Assembly: GCA_028023455.1 (NCBI GenBank)
Contig: JAQFVV010000003.1
Coordinates: 124,001 to 188,000, forward strand
DNA: 64,000 nt
Origin: Epiperipatus broadwayi
Lineage: Eukaryota > Animalia > Onychophora
Direction of reading: 5' to 3'
A program made the translations under genes and the position numbers. Position 1 is the first letter of the stretch; the number at the start of each line of letters is the position of its first letter. Of this stretch, positions 14,451 through 27,660 are shown piece after piece. Under the pieces are notes generated by a model that saw only the letters and a list, made by a program, of their open reading frames with translations, had not been told where the DNA came from and ran no database searches.

Positions 14451-16641
14451 GAAAACATCACCACAAGATAGAATAAATTGTATGCTCATATATGGTCTGA
14501 GCTAAAGTATAGGTGGGTCCATTCTGTATCTTTTCATTTATTGACAGTTTTGTATTTGTTTGTTTATAGTTCACTGGGAGTTAACAGTAGCTTCCACTTA
14601 AATTACATCTATGTTTGAACTATTATTATTAATATTCAAATAAATAGAATAATGGGCTGGCATGTTGTATATAATGACATATATTTTTGTTTCAGTGAAT
14701 GAATTGTATTATTTCTCTTTTATTTTTTATTGTTGTTGGATATGCCCATCAGGTATATCTTTCATATTTGAAAAAAAAAATAGATTTATACATATAGTTT
14801 CATGGTTTACTTGTTTAATATATATGTATGCAATAATTTAATCTCTCAGAAACTATTACTTGTTTGTTAAATTCGTTGATTTTCAATACTTTCATCAACG
14901 TTTTCCTAGACCAAAATGAAATGAAAGTTTTAGTGCGTATCAAAGAAAGATTACAGAAGATTAGCTATAAAATTTCAGTGTGGTTCGAAAGAACAAGATA
15001 AATCTATAATTGTAATTTTGTACCTTTAATTTAAAGGACCCTTAATCTTACGGTTTAAAAAAAATACTTCAAAGTAAAGAAAAAAGTGGAAATTGGGAAG
15101 AAAAAATCTCTGAACTAAAAACGAATGTAGAAATGAAAAACATTTCCTAGAAATATTTTTAAGATAAAATATGAAGAGAAACTTTTTCCTTTTTTTTTTT
15201 TTTTTTGTAGAAAAATAATCTTTTTAATTAAAGTAAAAATAGAAATGAAATACGTTTAAGTTTACATAATAATGATTTAAATTTGTGTAAGAGTAACTAT
15301 ATACGGTGAGAGTCGTCTCTCCTGTTTGGACTTCGTCTCGAATGGACCATAGTGTCTCCTTGATCGGCTGTCATTGAGTTGATGCTTGAATATGATATTT
15401 AGTTTTTCTTGGATACGAGAAACTATTAGTTTATTATGTAAAACAGTTGGACTAATATAAGCCACCATCCAATTGCATAATTTTAGTGTATCTTTTTGAT
15501 ATTTTTGGCTCACAGGTGCAGGTGACAGAATGTGGTCCCAGCATACATGAGTCTATAGAATAGTTAATAAGTGTTCTTCATCTATGAATTGAGTACCCAT
15601 GAAATTGCTTTGTAACCTTTGACCAATAAAGGTAATTTTTGGAACAGCACTAATAATTTAAGTTAGCTTTAAATTAAAAAATAAAATAAATAAATGATAA
15701 AAGCAAAATTTCGACCGGATGGATTGTACTAATTAATCCAAGTAAGCAGGCATTAATGATTATTACTAATCTATGACTAGGTTACTGCTATATCAATTTT
15801 AGCCTAGATATAAACTTTGAACTTTTATATTAATAGCTTTATTTTTATTAAAAACATTCATATGATATCATTAATTTTATTCCAATCCTTTTTTCTCTCT
15901 CATATTTGATATCATATATATCCTTTAAAATATTCATTTTTCTAGACACATTTTAAAAGCATAAGTAAAGATATTTTTTAAAAAAGCAAATGACTTCTAA
16001 AAATGTATTTCTGGTTAAGTGAACATTTTTCATTTACGTCACATCTTTACACAAATTATCATCTTCATTTACTATTTATGCATAATAAATAATTACGGCT
16101 TAATTCACAAATATCGTATCTATTGTCCTCTTCCTTTTAATAACATTATTCTCAAATAAATATCATGATTATTATAAATCACTTATTAGGTTAGAGATGA
16201 TTATTTTTTTTTCATTTTTCAATATTGTAAGCCTTATCTTTTTAAAATATAAATATAAGGGATTTAAACACAGACTTTCAAGCACCCTTCAACGATTCAC
16301 ACTATCTCATACCACTGATACACATGACCACACACATGTAGAAAAGATAAATAATCACCAATATTAGTATTTCGTGCTGAACCAGCACTCCTCAGTTGTT
16401 CCAGAATATCATGTCCCACACACATATATATAATCAGTGCTGATTTTCTTAATATGTTTAAAAAACTATTATCAATAATCTTTTTACTCAGAACTTTATT
16501 TCTACTTAAAAACATTTTAAAACTATCAACAACTTTTAAATATGTGGTTGTGGCCCAAATTAATAAAAAAATAAAATGCACTGTATATGGATGTTAAAAT
16601 AGATATATGTTAAATAAAATGAAGAAAAAAAGAATATATAT

Positions 16642-16752
16642 GTTTTTTTTTTCCATATGTCATAGCACCGGCCGGGAGGAGAACCGCAACAACCGTCTGT
16701 AACCCACTACTTGCTTGCAAGGCAGTTGCACTGACCTCTCGACTAACAACGC
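16642..16752 (-). mobile_element. Diverged tRNA-Gly-derived SINE
   Basis: The reverse complement GCGTTGTTAGTCGAGAGGTCAGTGCAACTGCCTTGCAAGCA...GGTTCTCCTCCCGGCCGGTGC plus an A-tail is colinear with the 49 kb copy. It has an ~18-nt insert after the anticodon arm. Confidence 0.6.
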
Positions 16753-17519
16753 ACAAATAATTGATGTGGACTTCTCTAACGGTTGAAAACAGTATTTACC
16801 TATACACCAATTATCTCTTGAATAGTATAAAAATAGACTGTTAAAGCTAGCTGGGATAATGCAGGAAAAGTAATTTATTACTTAGACTTAATTGTCTTTT
16901 AGACTGTAGTCCAAAAATAGAAACTTGAAAGATTTCCGTAATCGATTAAAGAACTAATAAATGATGGTGACTTTAGCCAAGAGAGCAGAAGACAATGTAT
17001 CAGCACAGAAGCAGCATCTAGAAACCTGATGATTTAGATAAGCCTCAATACCTAGCTATATCCTGGATGTAGTTAATAAAGGAATGTAGACTTGTTACAG
17101 GCCATCTTACTCTATATTATATTTTAATTAAGCCTTCAGGCAAAACTGTTTTCATGTAAGTAATGTATTTTATAATTAAGTATTCATTTTAAACTATTTT
17201 TCTCTGCTGATCTATTTATATTAATTTGTATGTTGTCCATATTCTCATTAAAAAACAGGATTATAATAATCTTTAGGAGTTCACATATAGCAATATTTTA
17301 AACAGAAAAAAAGTTCTGAAGAAGATTGTTTAATAATAAAAACTTTCAGCTAGTTTGAAAAATTAAAAAAATATTGTATTGCATTATATGGTATGCATAA
17401 ACAAGCATGTTAATATTAGTTTTTACATTAATGTTATTATAACCAATGCAGAAAAGTCAATAAAAGTAAAATAATATTTAGTATTTACTCTGAAACTAAT
17501 GACCATTCGTTCTGTTCAT

Positions 17520-17900
17520 CTATAATTCTTACTTTAGACTTAAATATTTTATTTTATTATGACTTTTCTCCATTTCATTACATGTGATTTATAGTTTGCA
17601 AATTCATTTTTGATATCTGCAATCACTGATGTATGGCCAGCAAAATAATGAAATGAATTTTTCTATCTCCAAAGTTAACTCCATCTGAATTAAAACCACA
17701 TTCATTACAATATTCATTTAAATAAATATTACATATAATAAAAGATAGTCATACTTCAGTCTTGGACTTCTACTAATATCTATTCTGTCTATAAAAACTG
17801 ATTTAAATGTAACAAATATTTATTTTTTCATTGAACAGATTTTTTTGTCATCTTAAAATGTTTTAACTAAGCATTAAATATACTACTAGTACTCATAGCA
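17520..17900 (-). mobile_element. Possible LINE apurinic endonuclease relic
   Basis: Minus strand NEYCNECGFNSDGVNFGD...YFAGHTSVIAD resembles the APE pattern LNG...GD...FT....G.SVID. Confidence 0.35.
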
Positions 17901-18821
17901 AATAATTAATAATATCCAAAGATCTTATTGTGCAACTGCAATATCTATGATTTAGGTTTAAATGTGGTCTGAGTAAATTTAAAAATTTTCAATGGATTTG
18001 GGAATTATTTTCAAATAGCTGGCTCATATATTCAGTCAATGATAGACTACTGGTAGGAAATAATTATATTTTTGAGCAACACTTCCTTTTTCACTATTCC
18101 TCTATAGTGATCTATTAGAAAAGCCATTCCTCTGCATGAGCTTTTTAAAATTTTCTTTATTCTTATCTTGCATTATTTGAAATTATACAAAATTTGTATA
18201 TAATTTAGATTATTAGTTTAAATTACACTATTTTTTTTAATGAAAATGATTTGAAAAATAAGAGATATATAATTATTATTATCATTATTAAATAATATGA
18301 TAGCTATCCAATGCTTATGGCTGCAAAATATTCAAACTACTACTTGTTAAAATGTTCATCTACAATCTTATATAGATAACTACACTAAATGGTACTTTTA
18401 AGACAATATGCATATTATTATCATAATTTTTAATCAGTATCACTTTATTGCAGGATAAAGATTTTACTCAACTTTAATCCAGTTTTTAAGATGCATATCT
18501 TTTTTTATTGCTATCATTCAGCAAAATTTCTTATCTGTTTCATTCATTTCACACAGGTCACTTTTTTAAAATTGTTCAATTGGTTGGAATCCAGTTAATG
18601 ATTTCAACTGTTTATCTATTATCATAATTCTTGGAAATGTCTCTAACGCAGCTCCATTCCAGCCTTTTGATTATTTTATTAATGTTAATAATACTAATTT
18701 GTTCTCTCATTCATATATTTCACTTTTGGTTCCTTCTTGTTTCTTTGAATATCTGTTTCATTGTGTGATATAATGTTTTTAGATTAATCCTCCTGTTGAA
18801 TATTCAAAACTCAGAACATAA

Positions 18822-19050
18822 ATGAGAATAAAAAAAATGATTACTTTTACAAGAAAAATAAATCCTATATTATTTAACTATATAATAAAAGAAAATTATA
18901 TTTTGAGAGTTTATGAATGTAAAAATTTAGGTTTTAGATCTAAATTGCTATTCTTAAACCAGATACAATATTTATGTTTTAAAGCATTCAAAGTTGTGGG
19001 TTGCATCTTTAGGGGTGATTCCTTAGTAGAGAAACTTATATATATATATA
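18822..19050 (+). mobile_element. CR1/L2-like LINE RT-thumb relic, left half
   Basis: MITFTRKINPILFNYIIKENYILRVYECKNLG..SKLLF.NQI..LCFKAFKVVGCIFR matches M.F.RK..PI.F.Y....KDLG..DSKL.F..HI....KA...LGFI.R. Confidence 0.75.
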
Positions 19051-19471
19051 TATTGTACCGAGATACATCAGGAAGGAGTGTGCTTTCTACGGAGTTACAC
19101 ATAATGTTGAAAAAATAAATAAATTGATAAACGATTTGTGTAAATATTTAATAAAAATAAAAGGTCTTGTAGGGTAAAATAAGAATAAAAATATTTTTTT
19201 TTTCTCATAGACAGGTTTATCGTTAAAAGCATAAATTAGACAGTTTTATAAGATATAATTTTGAATCGTATTTAAATAAAACCTAAAGAACTAAAATTTG
19301 ATTTAAGATTGCTTTAAGAAAAAAAAAAAAAAAAAACAAGGTGGAATTCGTTTTGTCTTATAATTATAATAAAAAAAAAAAAAAAGGAAAAATATATGTA
19401 ATCAAAGGAATGTAGTGAACAATGGGAGCTAATGACGAACATAAGAAATTTCCATTAAACGGCTAGTTAGT

Positions 19472-19591
19472 GAAAATAACTTTAACAAAGAAATTGAAAT
19501 AACTCTAACAAAGAAATTGAAAATAACTTTAACAAAGAAATTGAAATAATTCTAACAAAGAAATTGAAATAAAGAAATTGAAATAACTCTA
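19472..19591 (+). repeat. 23-24-bp tandem repeat inside the putative LTR/5' region
   Basis: GAAA(A)TAAC(T/C)TTAACAAAGAAATT repeated about 4.5 times. Confidence 0.9.
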
Positions 19592-20797
19592 GCAGAGAGT
19601 ACAAAGAAATTAAATGACCAATGCAAACACCAGAAAGTCAGCACGGACCGTAACTGAAACACCAGAGGATTAGTTACGTATTGTAGATTGAATCCGCAAG
19701 ATAAGGACCGTAAAATATAAAAGGGCGAATTTTCTATTGTATTATTAATTAAAATTATTTTTATAGATCGAGAGCATTGAATATTAATATACGTCTCAAG
19801 TTAAACATAATGCTGCACTGTTAAACCCATCGTGTGAACAGCCGGCCGAATCCTTCCCGCAATACCAACAGCAAACAGTTCAAATGTCGATCATGGTCGC
19901 GTAAAACAAGAAGGAGACGGAGTGTCCACGTGGAGCCCACAGGATCCCAACGACATCGGGAAAAGGAGTGCAAAGAGTTAGCGCTAACTGACCGAATGAA
20001 ATACTATCAGAAGCAACGCTCGGAACCGTGCATAAGGGAGAAAGCTAGGTAATGTTTATTTCAATTTCTAATTCACTAATTAAAAGCCGTAATAATAAAT
20101 GGAATAATAAACTCTGAACTTTATGGTACGAACAATAGTTATTAGTTGTCTTTAGCTCCATTACCCAGAGATTTTATTGTGATTGTGTGTATAATTATTT
20201 TTTTTTATGTATTTATAATATGAAATTTTGATTGTATTAAATATTATCTGAACTTGAACGAAAGTGTAATTAATTATATTATAAGACCAAACGAAGTGTA
20301 ATAGCGTAAATGGAGACTTCATGGGTTAGTGATTACTTAAATTAGATTTAAATTAAATAATTAAATAAAAGAAAAAGAGAAAGCGAGAAATTTAGCGCAA
20401 AGAAAGATTCATAAATTGTTTTTTTAGGTAGGCGGATTATATTTAATTGATTGTTGTAGCTGAGCTAGCGGGAGCGGGTACTAGATCGTATTGGTCAAGC
20501 AGACTTGTCGACAAAGGTCGGCTGGCGCCCATTGGATTTTTTCCTTTAAATAAATAAAAAGTTTGATTGGCTAATATGTAATCTAGTAAACGAGTGTTAA
20601 TGTTATTGGCAAATGTTTGCAAATGATATTGATTACTCTACCCGAGGTACCGACAGCCCCGTGATAGGATTTTGTGTAAGAGGGAGGTACAAAGTTCTGA
20701 TCGAGTCGTCATTATAAACATTAAACATTTTATTGATTTTATATAAATAATGTTTTTATAAAATTTACGAGACGACGTGTAAAGGGCTAGGTATAAA

Positions 20798-20816
20798 TGG
20801 CGCGTCAACGTGGAAC
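20798..20816 (+). promoter_or_regulatory. Candidate primer-binding site (tRNA-Lys-like)
   Basis: Observed TGGCGCGTCAACGTGGAAC versus tRNA-Lys1,2 PBS TGGCGCCCAACGTGGGGC, about 400 bp upstream of gag. The match is imperfect and is not preceded by a clear CA. Confidence 0.35.
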
Positions 20817-21193
20817 GAAACTAAACGTTTTGAATGGCAGAACCGATGTGAGTCATGACTGGACGTCTTAAGCAGTGTGGCCAGAGTCGTGTATGAGTGA
20901 CAGAAGTGATAGCTAGTAAAAAGAAGCGGGAGGGAGCATGATAGTAGGATTAGAAAACGGTATAAGCAGCGCAACTGTAAAGGTGATTTTGCAATTATAT
21001 AAGACGTGGAGGCATAGGGACACTCTGGGGAATTTTAGTATGAAAAAAAAAAGGGGGGAACTGGGAAGGTTAGGTTTTGGTTGTACGTACGTAAGTTTAT
21101 TATTATTATTAAAAAGAAAAAAATGGACGAAAGTGGAAACGACGGGAGGGCAATGCCAGAAGTAAGCCCGATTTTTTTAAAAATCCGCAAATA

Positions 21194-22288
21194 GTGGAAG
21201 GAAGCGCATTCCAAATTTTGATGAACATGATGGAAGAGATACGTAAAGACATCAAACAAAATCAACAAGAAATGAAGCAGGAAATAAATGAACTTAGGAC
21301 AGAGATGAGAGAAATGAAACAGGAATTGACAGCAAGAATGGACGCATATGAGGAAGTGATAGGAGTAATGAAAAAGGGTGTAGAAGAAGAAAGGTACGAA
21401 ATGTTAGAATTAAAAGAAAATATAGAAGCGAGGGAAGAGTCAAGCAGTATAGGGAAAAGCCAGCTAGAAGAGAGAATAGTACGCATGGAAGAGATATGTC
21501 AAGACTTAATAAGTAGCCAGGAAATGACGCGACAGGAATTAGGGAACTTAGAGAATGAAATAGAGACCACCAAGAATATCAAAACTAAAGTAAAGGAGAT
21601 ATGTAAAGACATAGTGGGGGACACAGGGCAGAAAATAAGACAGGTAGAACAGAAGTATGAGGAGTTTAAGATTGAGAGTAGACACAGTGAACAGACGAGT
21701 AGATTTATGGAGAAGCAGTTTGCCATTGCGGTATTCAAAGCGGAGGTAGGAGAAAACCCGCTGAAACACTTAGAAAGCCTGAATAATATGTTCCATAGTA
21801 AAAGTTTACCGGAAGAGGACAAGGTTGCGGTGGCCAGTAGTTACCTCCAAGAGACGGCATGTGATTGGTGGCACACCTTGGACGAGAAACCGCAGACCTT
21901 CGGAGAATACAGACGGGCTATGTTAAGGGCATTTTGGAATGGGGCTAGGCAAGATGGAATCCTGTATAAGATATCCCACGAGAGATATTCAAGTGCGCGG
22001 GGAGAGACGTATGCGAAATTCTTTTACCGACAAGTGTCAAAACTTAAGGCATTGACAGCATTCCCTATGTCAGATGGTCAGATAATCAGAACACTATGCA
22101 ATAATATGCCGCCAAACATACAACAACTAATGTTAAGTAAAGACGGACGGTCAGTGGAGGAAATGGCAGAATTTCTAACACAGATTGATTATGGCAATCT
22201 AGCTAGGGAACCTCCAGATCGATATAGGAGATGGGATGGGTACAACGACCCACATGGCAAGAAGGGAGAATCACCTGATCGAGCGTAA
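21194..22288 (+). CDS. gag: Ty3/gypsy gag (N-terminal coiled coil plus Arc-like capsid domain), 364 aa open frame
   Basis: An E/K/M-rich heptad region is followed by NPLKHLESLNNMF...DKVAVASSYLQETACDWW...TFGEYRRAMLRAFW...Q..I...L...MPPNIQ, the Ty3 capsid pattern. I saw no CCHC knuckle or protease downstream. Confidence 0.85.
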   Translation: MEGSAFQILMNMMEEIRKDIKQNQQEMKQEINELRTEMREMKQELTARMDAYEEVIGVMKKGVEEERYEMLELKENIEAREESSSIGKSQLEERIVRMEEICQDLISSQEMTRQELGNLENEIETTKNIKTKVKEICKDIVGDTGQKIRQVEQKYEEFKIESRHSEQTSRFMEKQFAIAVFKAEVGENPLKHLESLNNMFHSKSLPEEDKVAVASSYLQETACDWWHTLDEKPQTFGEYRRAMLRAFWNGARQDGILYKISHERYSSARGETYAKFFYRQVSKLKALTAFPMSDGQIIRTLCNNMPPNIQQLMLSKDGRSVEEMAEFLTQIDYGNLAREPPDRYRRWDGYNDPHGKKGESPDRA

Positions 22289-22476
22289 ATAAAAAAAAAA
22301 AAAAAGATGAATAAATAGGTATAACGGGACCGCAAACTTAACGAGTAACACGGACACACGAGAATAAGAGAGGACGAACTTCCATCAAAATAAATCAAGG
22401 GGAATGTATAGTAAGAATAAAGTTAAATGTTGGCCCCCTTTTTGAAACTAAAATATCAATCTGAAGGTTTTAGTTT

Positions 22477-22478
<2 letters not shown>

Positions 22479-22561
<83 letters not shown>
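22479..22561. repeat. (TA)n microsatellite
   Basis: Perfect run of about 83 bp. Confidence 0.98.
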
Positions 22562-22563
<2 letters not shown>

Positions 22564-22960
22564 CTTTTGATGTCTCTAGTATTACCAATCTTAAATTATG
22601 CCAGTATTATTTGTAAATCTGAAAATCATTATAATAATAGTGTATATAGAATGCCATGCAAGCAAAATTTTTAAATTATTATAGTGCAAAATTTGGCACA
22701 GTATATAACTCTTCTCATATTTCTATAAAATTATTAAGAAGTCTTAATGTTATTTTGTTTCTTGCAAAGATAGTTAAAGGTCAAATAAATATATTAAACT
22801 GCATTAATGAAATTTCTTAGTGTTCCTGAAATGACATGGTTGAAACATAATAAGACTTTGCATATTATCAAATTTAGAACTGATTGTTTAAAAGATTCTG
22901 CATTATTTAGACTTCCAAGATTATTTAATTCTTTTTATCACTATGAATAAAATAAAAAGT
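22562..22960 (+). mobile_element. CR1/L2-like LINE relic, right half
   Basis: NLLMSLVLPILNYASIICK (LY.SLV.P.LEYAS.IW) and FRTDCLKDSALFRLPRLFN directly continue the peptide broken at 19050. Confidence 0.75.
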
Positions 22961-24374
22961 GTAATTAATATTTGAAAACAAGATTATGTATAATAATATT
23001 TTTGTTTAACTTTTTGTTTTGTTTATTATTAATACTGTGATTTGTAATTAGGCATTTTATCTATGTCTGCAGAATATATTTATTTATGAGAATTGAATTA
23101 TTATTATTACTATAATCTTCATTAATTAATGAACACCATTACTAGATGGTATAATGATAAAATTTCCATTTCTAGACTGACTAGTTCCTGGTTTTGACTT
23201 CATCGGTGAAAATTAGAATACAAAGCTAAAACTAATACATTTATAAATTTAACAGCCATGTTTTACTTCTTTATACTATTTAAGGTAATAATTTGAACTT
23301 AAAAAATCTTAAGAGTTTAAATCCAGACTAATACCCTTGCATAATCATATAGTTTCTAAATAATTTTGAACACTCATTTCTCTAACTACTGTAATCACTT
23401 TTATTTTTTAGTGAATAATGTTAATATGAACTTTATCCCATTACTTTTCTTGTACTTACTTATGTGCTTCTAATAGCAGTTATCTTCACTATATTCTAGA
23501 TCCCTCTATTTTAAGTGAGTTAATCAGGATTTGAACTATGTTTTTTTTTTAAATTTCAGATTATTATTTTGAATAATATAAAGAGGTGAAATATGGCTAC
23601 CAAATGCTTAAGTGTATTAATTCCACATTGCAAACCTACTTTTCATTGATGAAAATAAAATCCCAGTAACTAGTCCCTCTGAAGATCAGGATTTTACAAT
23701 ATTATACTATTTAAATTTCATTGGTTATCCATGTTTACAATGGATAGTTCTAGAGTAGAGCAATTGTTGTTAAATTATTATTAATAATAATGTTATTAGT
23801 AATATTATTATTATGACATATCACTCCAAGGCCAAACAATTTTTTTTGATCATATGTATAGTCAAAGCAGACTCATAATTTTAATATTGAAGTCCATTCA
23901 AAACTATTGTTGATTAATCTTTTCTTCTTTTATTATCAATATTTTTGAGCATCATGTATTTTTAATGAATTAGATTGTTTGATAGTACACCCAAAGTAAT
24001 ACACTTTCAGTCTGGTCATTAATGCTTGAAATAAAAGTTTTGATCTAGCCTGATCCAGTATTTTATTATTAATTTTCTTGTTGTCTTTGATATTTACAAA
24101 CAACAGTTTTACATCTTTATTTAGATTTTTATATTTCTTTTTCAATGTCTAACTTTTACAATCAAAGAGTTTTAAAAAATAATATAACTAGGATATTCCT
24201 TATCTTTATTTTTAGAAATGTTCAATATCTAATAATGTTTCCCTGTTTTTCTTGCAGTTTTATTCAGTGATAATCTGTGATGAATCTTTTAATCACTATT
24301 ATTTTATTGATAATGAATGATCTCAGTATTTTCTTTATCAATTTTAAAATCATTTCCTTTTCTTGTTATCATTG

Positions 24375-24376
<2 letters not shown>

Positions 24377-24461
<85 letters not shown>
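24377..24461. repeat. (TA)n microsatellite
   Basis: Perfect run of about 85 bp. Confidence 0.98.
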
Positions 24462-24464
<3 letters not shown>

Positions 24465-27400
24465 GGCTTTTTGGTATCTATGTTAAGTTTAAAAAATAGA
24501 ACACAAAGAACAACTGTATTTTTTAAACCCAAAATTATGAACATCAGTAATAAATTTTGAAGTACAATGAGTATTGTTTTTATTTTATATTTTTTATTGG
24601 AAATTAGAATATTTCATTTCCAAATTTAATGCCTTTATATAACTGAGAGAAGGATGAATGAAAAATATTATTTTCTAAATCTAATTTATTAGTGATTGGA
24701 TTGTTATAAACATTAAAAAAACTCAATTAATCATCAATATTCTTTTTTTCTTTCCTCTTCATTTTTCAAACTTACTATAGTCAGTCCAGACTTTAGTAGT
24801 CATGATCCTCTCATACTATTGGTCAACTCTCTGTACTATCTGGGTTAATAGGATTGCTTATTTATATAAGTACATTTTTGTACTTTAACTACCCACTATT
24901 CTGATTCAATTTTTTCCATTTTTTTGTTTGTTTTTAACTTTTTTTCCTTTTTCACTATTTTTCTTTCCTAGCTCTACTTTAGCTATACTCATTTACAAAT
25001 TGTTATTAATGATGATGGAATACACTAAAGTGTTGTCAATCTTTTTGATAATTTTTGTTCACATAATTTTTATTTTAATTAGTACAATAATATTTTCAAG
25101 TCTTTTATAGCATATAATCTACTTTAAATTTTATAATCTATTAGTAGGTGTCACTTTAGTGATTAAAGCAATGAAGAAATTAATGAATAAAAGTTAACGT
25201 ATATATTATTATTGATTTAAAAAGTAACCATTTAGCAAGCAAAGAAAATAGTTGATGATAATTAGTATGTTAAATAAATTTACTACAATATAAACTAGAG
25301 GATATTATATGCACATATGTATTTGTCTTAAAATAAAATTGCAAAAAAAATAAATAAAATAAAGTAAATTATAGCAAGTTAAATGATGATTGTAAGTGCT
25401 TAAAATATAATTTAAAAATAGAAATAATTTTACATCCAGAAAATATTTCTAAGGATCATTCAAGAATTCAATGAATAGCTCTTAATTTATATTTTGAATT
25501 AAAATTTTCTGGCATAAATGATCCAAATGCGATTGTATAAAAAAAAAACGAATGATTGTTTAGTGATCAAAGTATGCTAAAATATAAAATTTATATTAAA
25601 TTTTAAAAATCTCACTTTTTGTTTATTAATTTAGCTTTTTTTTAAACCCAAAAATATCTTTAATGAATACCAAGATTTTTTATTGCTATTTGAGAAATGA
25701 AGAACCATCAATTGTTATTTCTATGGTAAATTTGGAGAAATTGTCACTTTTTTAAAGAAAAAAGATCTTCATTTTGAAATAAGTAATAAAAATATTTATT
25801 AATATTATTCTTACAGTGAATGGATAGATTACACATTTTGCACTTATTTCCATTATTTTAAGATTAATTTTGTGTATTGTTTGTAATTTTTCAGAACATG
25901 TAAATACATACATACATTTAATTTTGTATATATTTGTAGCTTCATTATACTGATCACTAAAGTGCCACCTAATGGTAGATAATAACTCAAGGTAGTTCAC
26001 ATAATATAGCAGTACCATATTTTCTAAAAATCCAATTGAATTAATTTTTAAATAGAAATGAAAATATTTATTTTCATTGGTAGTCTTTACAATTAGTAAT
26101 CTTACTTAATATGTAAATACTTAGAAATATACAAATTTGTTTCCTTTATTGCTGAACTTTTCATTATTTTTCTAAGCAGAGAATCAACTAAGACTCCTTA
26201 ACTGTTAATCTGGTTACTTTTTAGGCCTAAGAAAATAATTGAGTGAAAGTCTCAAGAGCTAATCTTTTTAGTTTAATTTTCTGGTGAATTTTTTTTTGAT
26301 CAGAATACAGATTATCCCTAATCTATATAAACACAACATTTTAAATTAAATGTTTTGAAAACACATTTTGAAAAAGAAGGTTCAACATTTTAAGTAAATC
26401 TTAGTACAGTATATTAAAAATTCTTATTATTTGCTTTAATATTATCCATAAGAAAGTCTCATATCAAGATTTAAAGAGTATGATTACACCATATTTCAAC
26501 TCTGAAATTTTTTATTCTTACCTTATTGATATTTCTGACTGATTAAATAGGTCTCATGAATTATTTTATTCTCTTACTTGAAGTAATAGATATTTATTAG
26601 CTGATCACTATTAGATAGCTATTCCTATTTAGATTTATGTATCAGTGGAATGATGGACTCAAATCTAAGATTCTTGGATTTATTATCTGCTATGTAATGT
26701 GCATAAAAATCTTATCTTGTAAATGCTGTATGTGAATAACATGTGACACCATGAAAAATTAATGAACTGATCATTTTTTAGTTAATAGATATTTGCATGA
26801 ATTGGTGAAATGCCAATGATCTGAAAAAGATTCTGAATGTATATTCTAAGCTTTTTTTGCTACTTAAAACTATTCCATGTGTGGGTTTGAACCAATCTAT
26901 TGGATGGAGCACAATAACCAATACATCATGAGGGTTTCTTTTTAATATTTGAAAAAGTGTAAATGCAAAATTGCAAATATGATATTAAACTAATAAATAT
27001 AATGAACAGATCTTGCAGTTGACAGTAGTATTTATATCAGTCTACTTCAGTGCCACTTATTGTAATAATAAGTAATGATTCAAATAAAAATCATGATTTG
27101 TTCTTAGTGGTCATCTATCTTATTCAGTATTTTCTTTTTAGAGTTTAAAGTTGAAGAACAATATCAGCATGGTCTACCAATAGATGCAATTATACAGCAA
27201 CATCATGTATAAATAATTTAAAAAAAAAAAAAAATTAAAATCTGATTGATTACTTATTGTTTTATATATACCATGTTAGTTTTTTATTTTATTTTTGTGT
27301 CATATTTTTCTCTTTAATGTCTTAGGTTAATATAGGACAAAGTCACTGTGAGCCTCTCACATTATTTAATATCTCTCTGTTATAATTGTTACAATGGTGT

Positions 27401-27660
27401 TGTGATTGTGTAACCACATTTCCACTTTTTAATTACAACACTGCAATTATGATTTTTTTCTTTTTTTGTTTTATGTATTTTTTTGTCTTTCTCTTTACTT
27501 TTTTTCTAAAGTTCGACTATTTATTTATGAATAGTTGCTAATGATGATGATGTATATATATATATATATGTCAACAGATGGCGTTCTACCAAAAACACCG
27601 TCAAGCGTATGTTTACATAAACATCAGAGCATGCATTCACTATCTCTAACTTTAATTCCA

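Larger units (their letters stand above)
19054..22478 (+). mobile_element. Gag-only Ty3/gypsy-derived insertion with TG...CA ends, flanked by (TA)n
   Basis: It starts with TGTACCG right after a short TA run and ends with TTTCA before (TA)~41. It retains CpGs, unlike the background, and interrupts a CR1 relic. It contains a gag ORF. I saw no pol and no second LTR. Confidence 0.7.

Noticed and set aside
21262-21822. Minus-strand ORFs overlapping gag
   Set aside because: These are antisense shadows of a purine-rich coding strand.
22396-22420. AAGGGGAA followed by TGTATAG as polypurine tract plus 3' LTR start
   Set aside because: The downstream sequence does not match the 5' end at 19054, and the region reads as a decayed continuation of gag.
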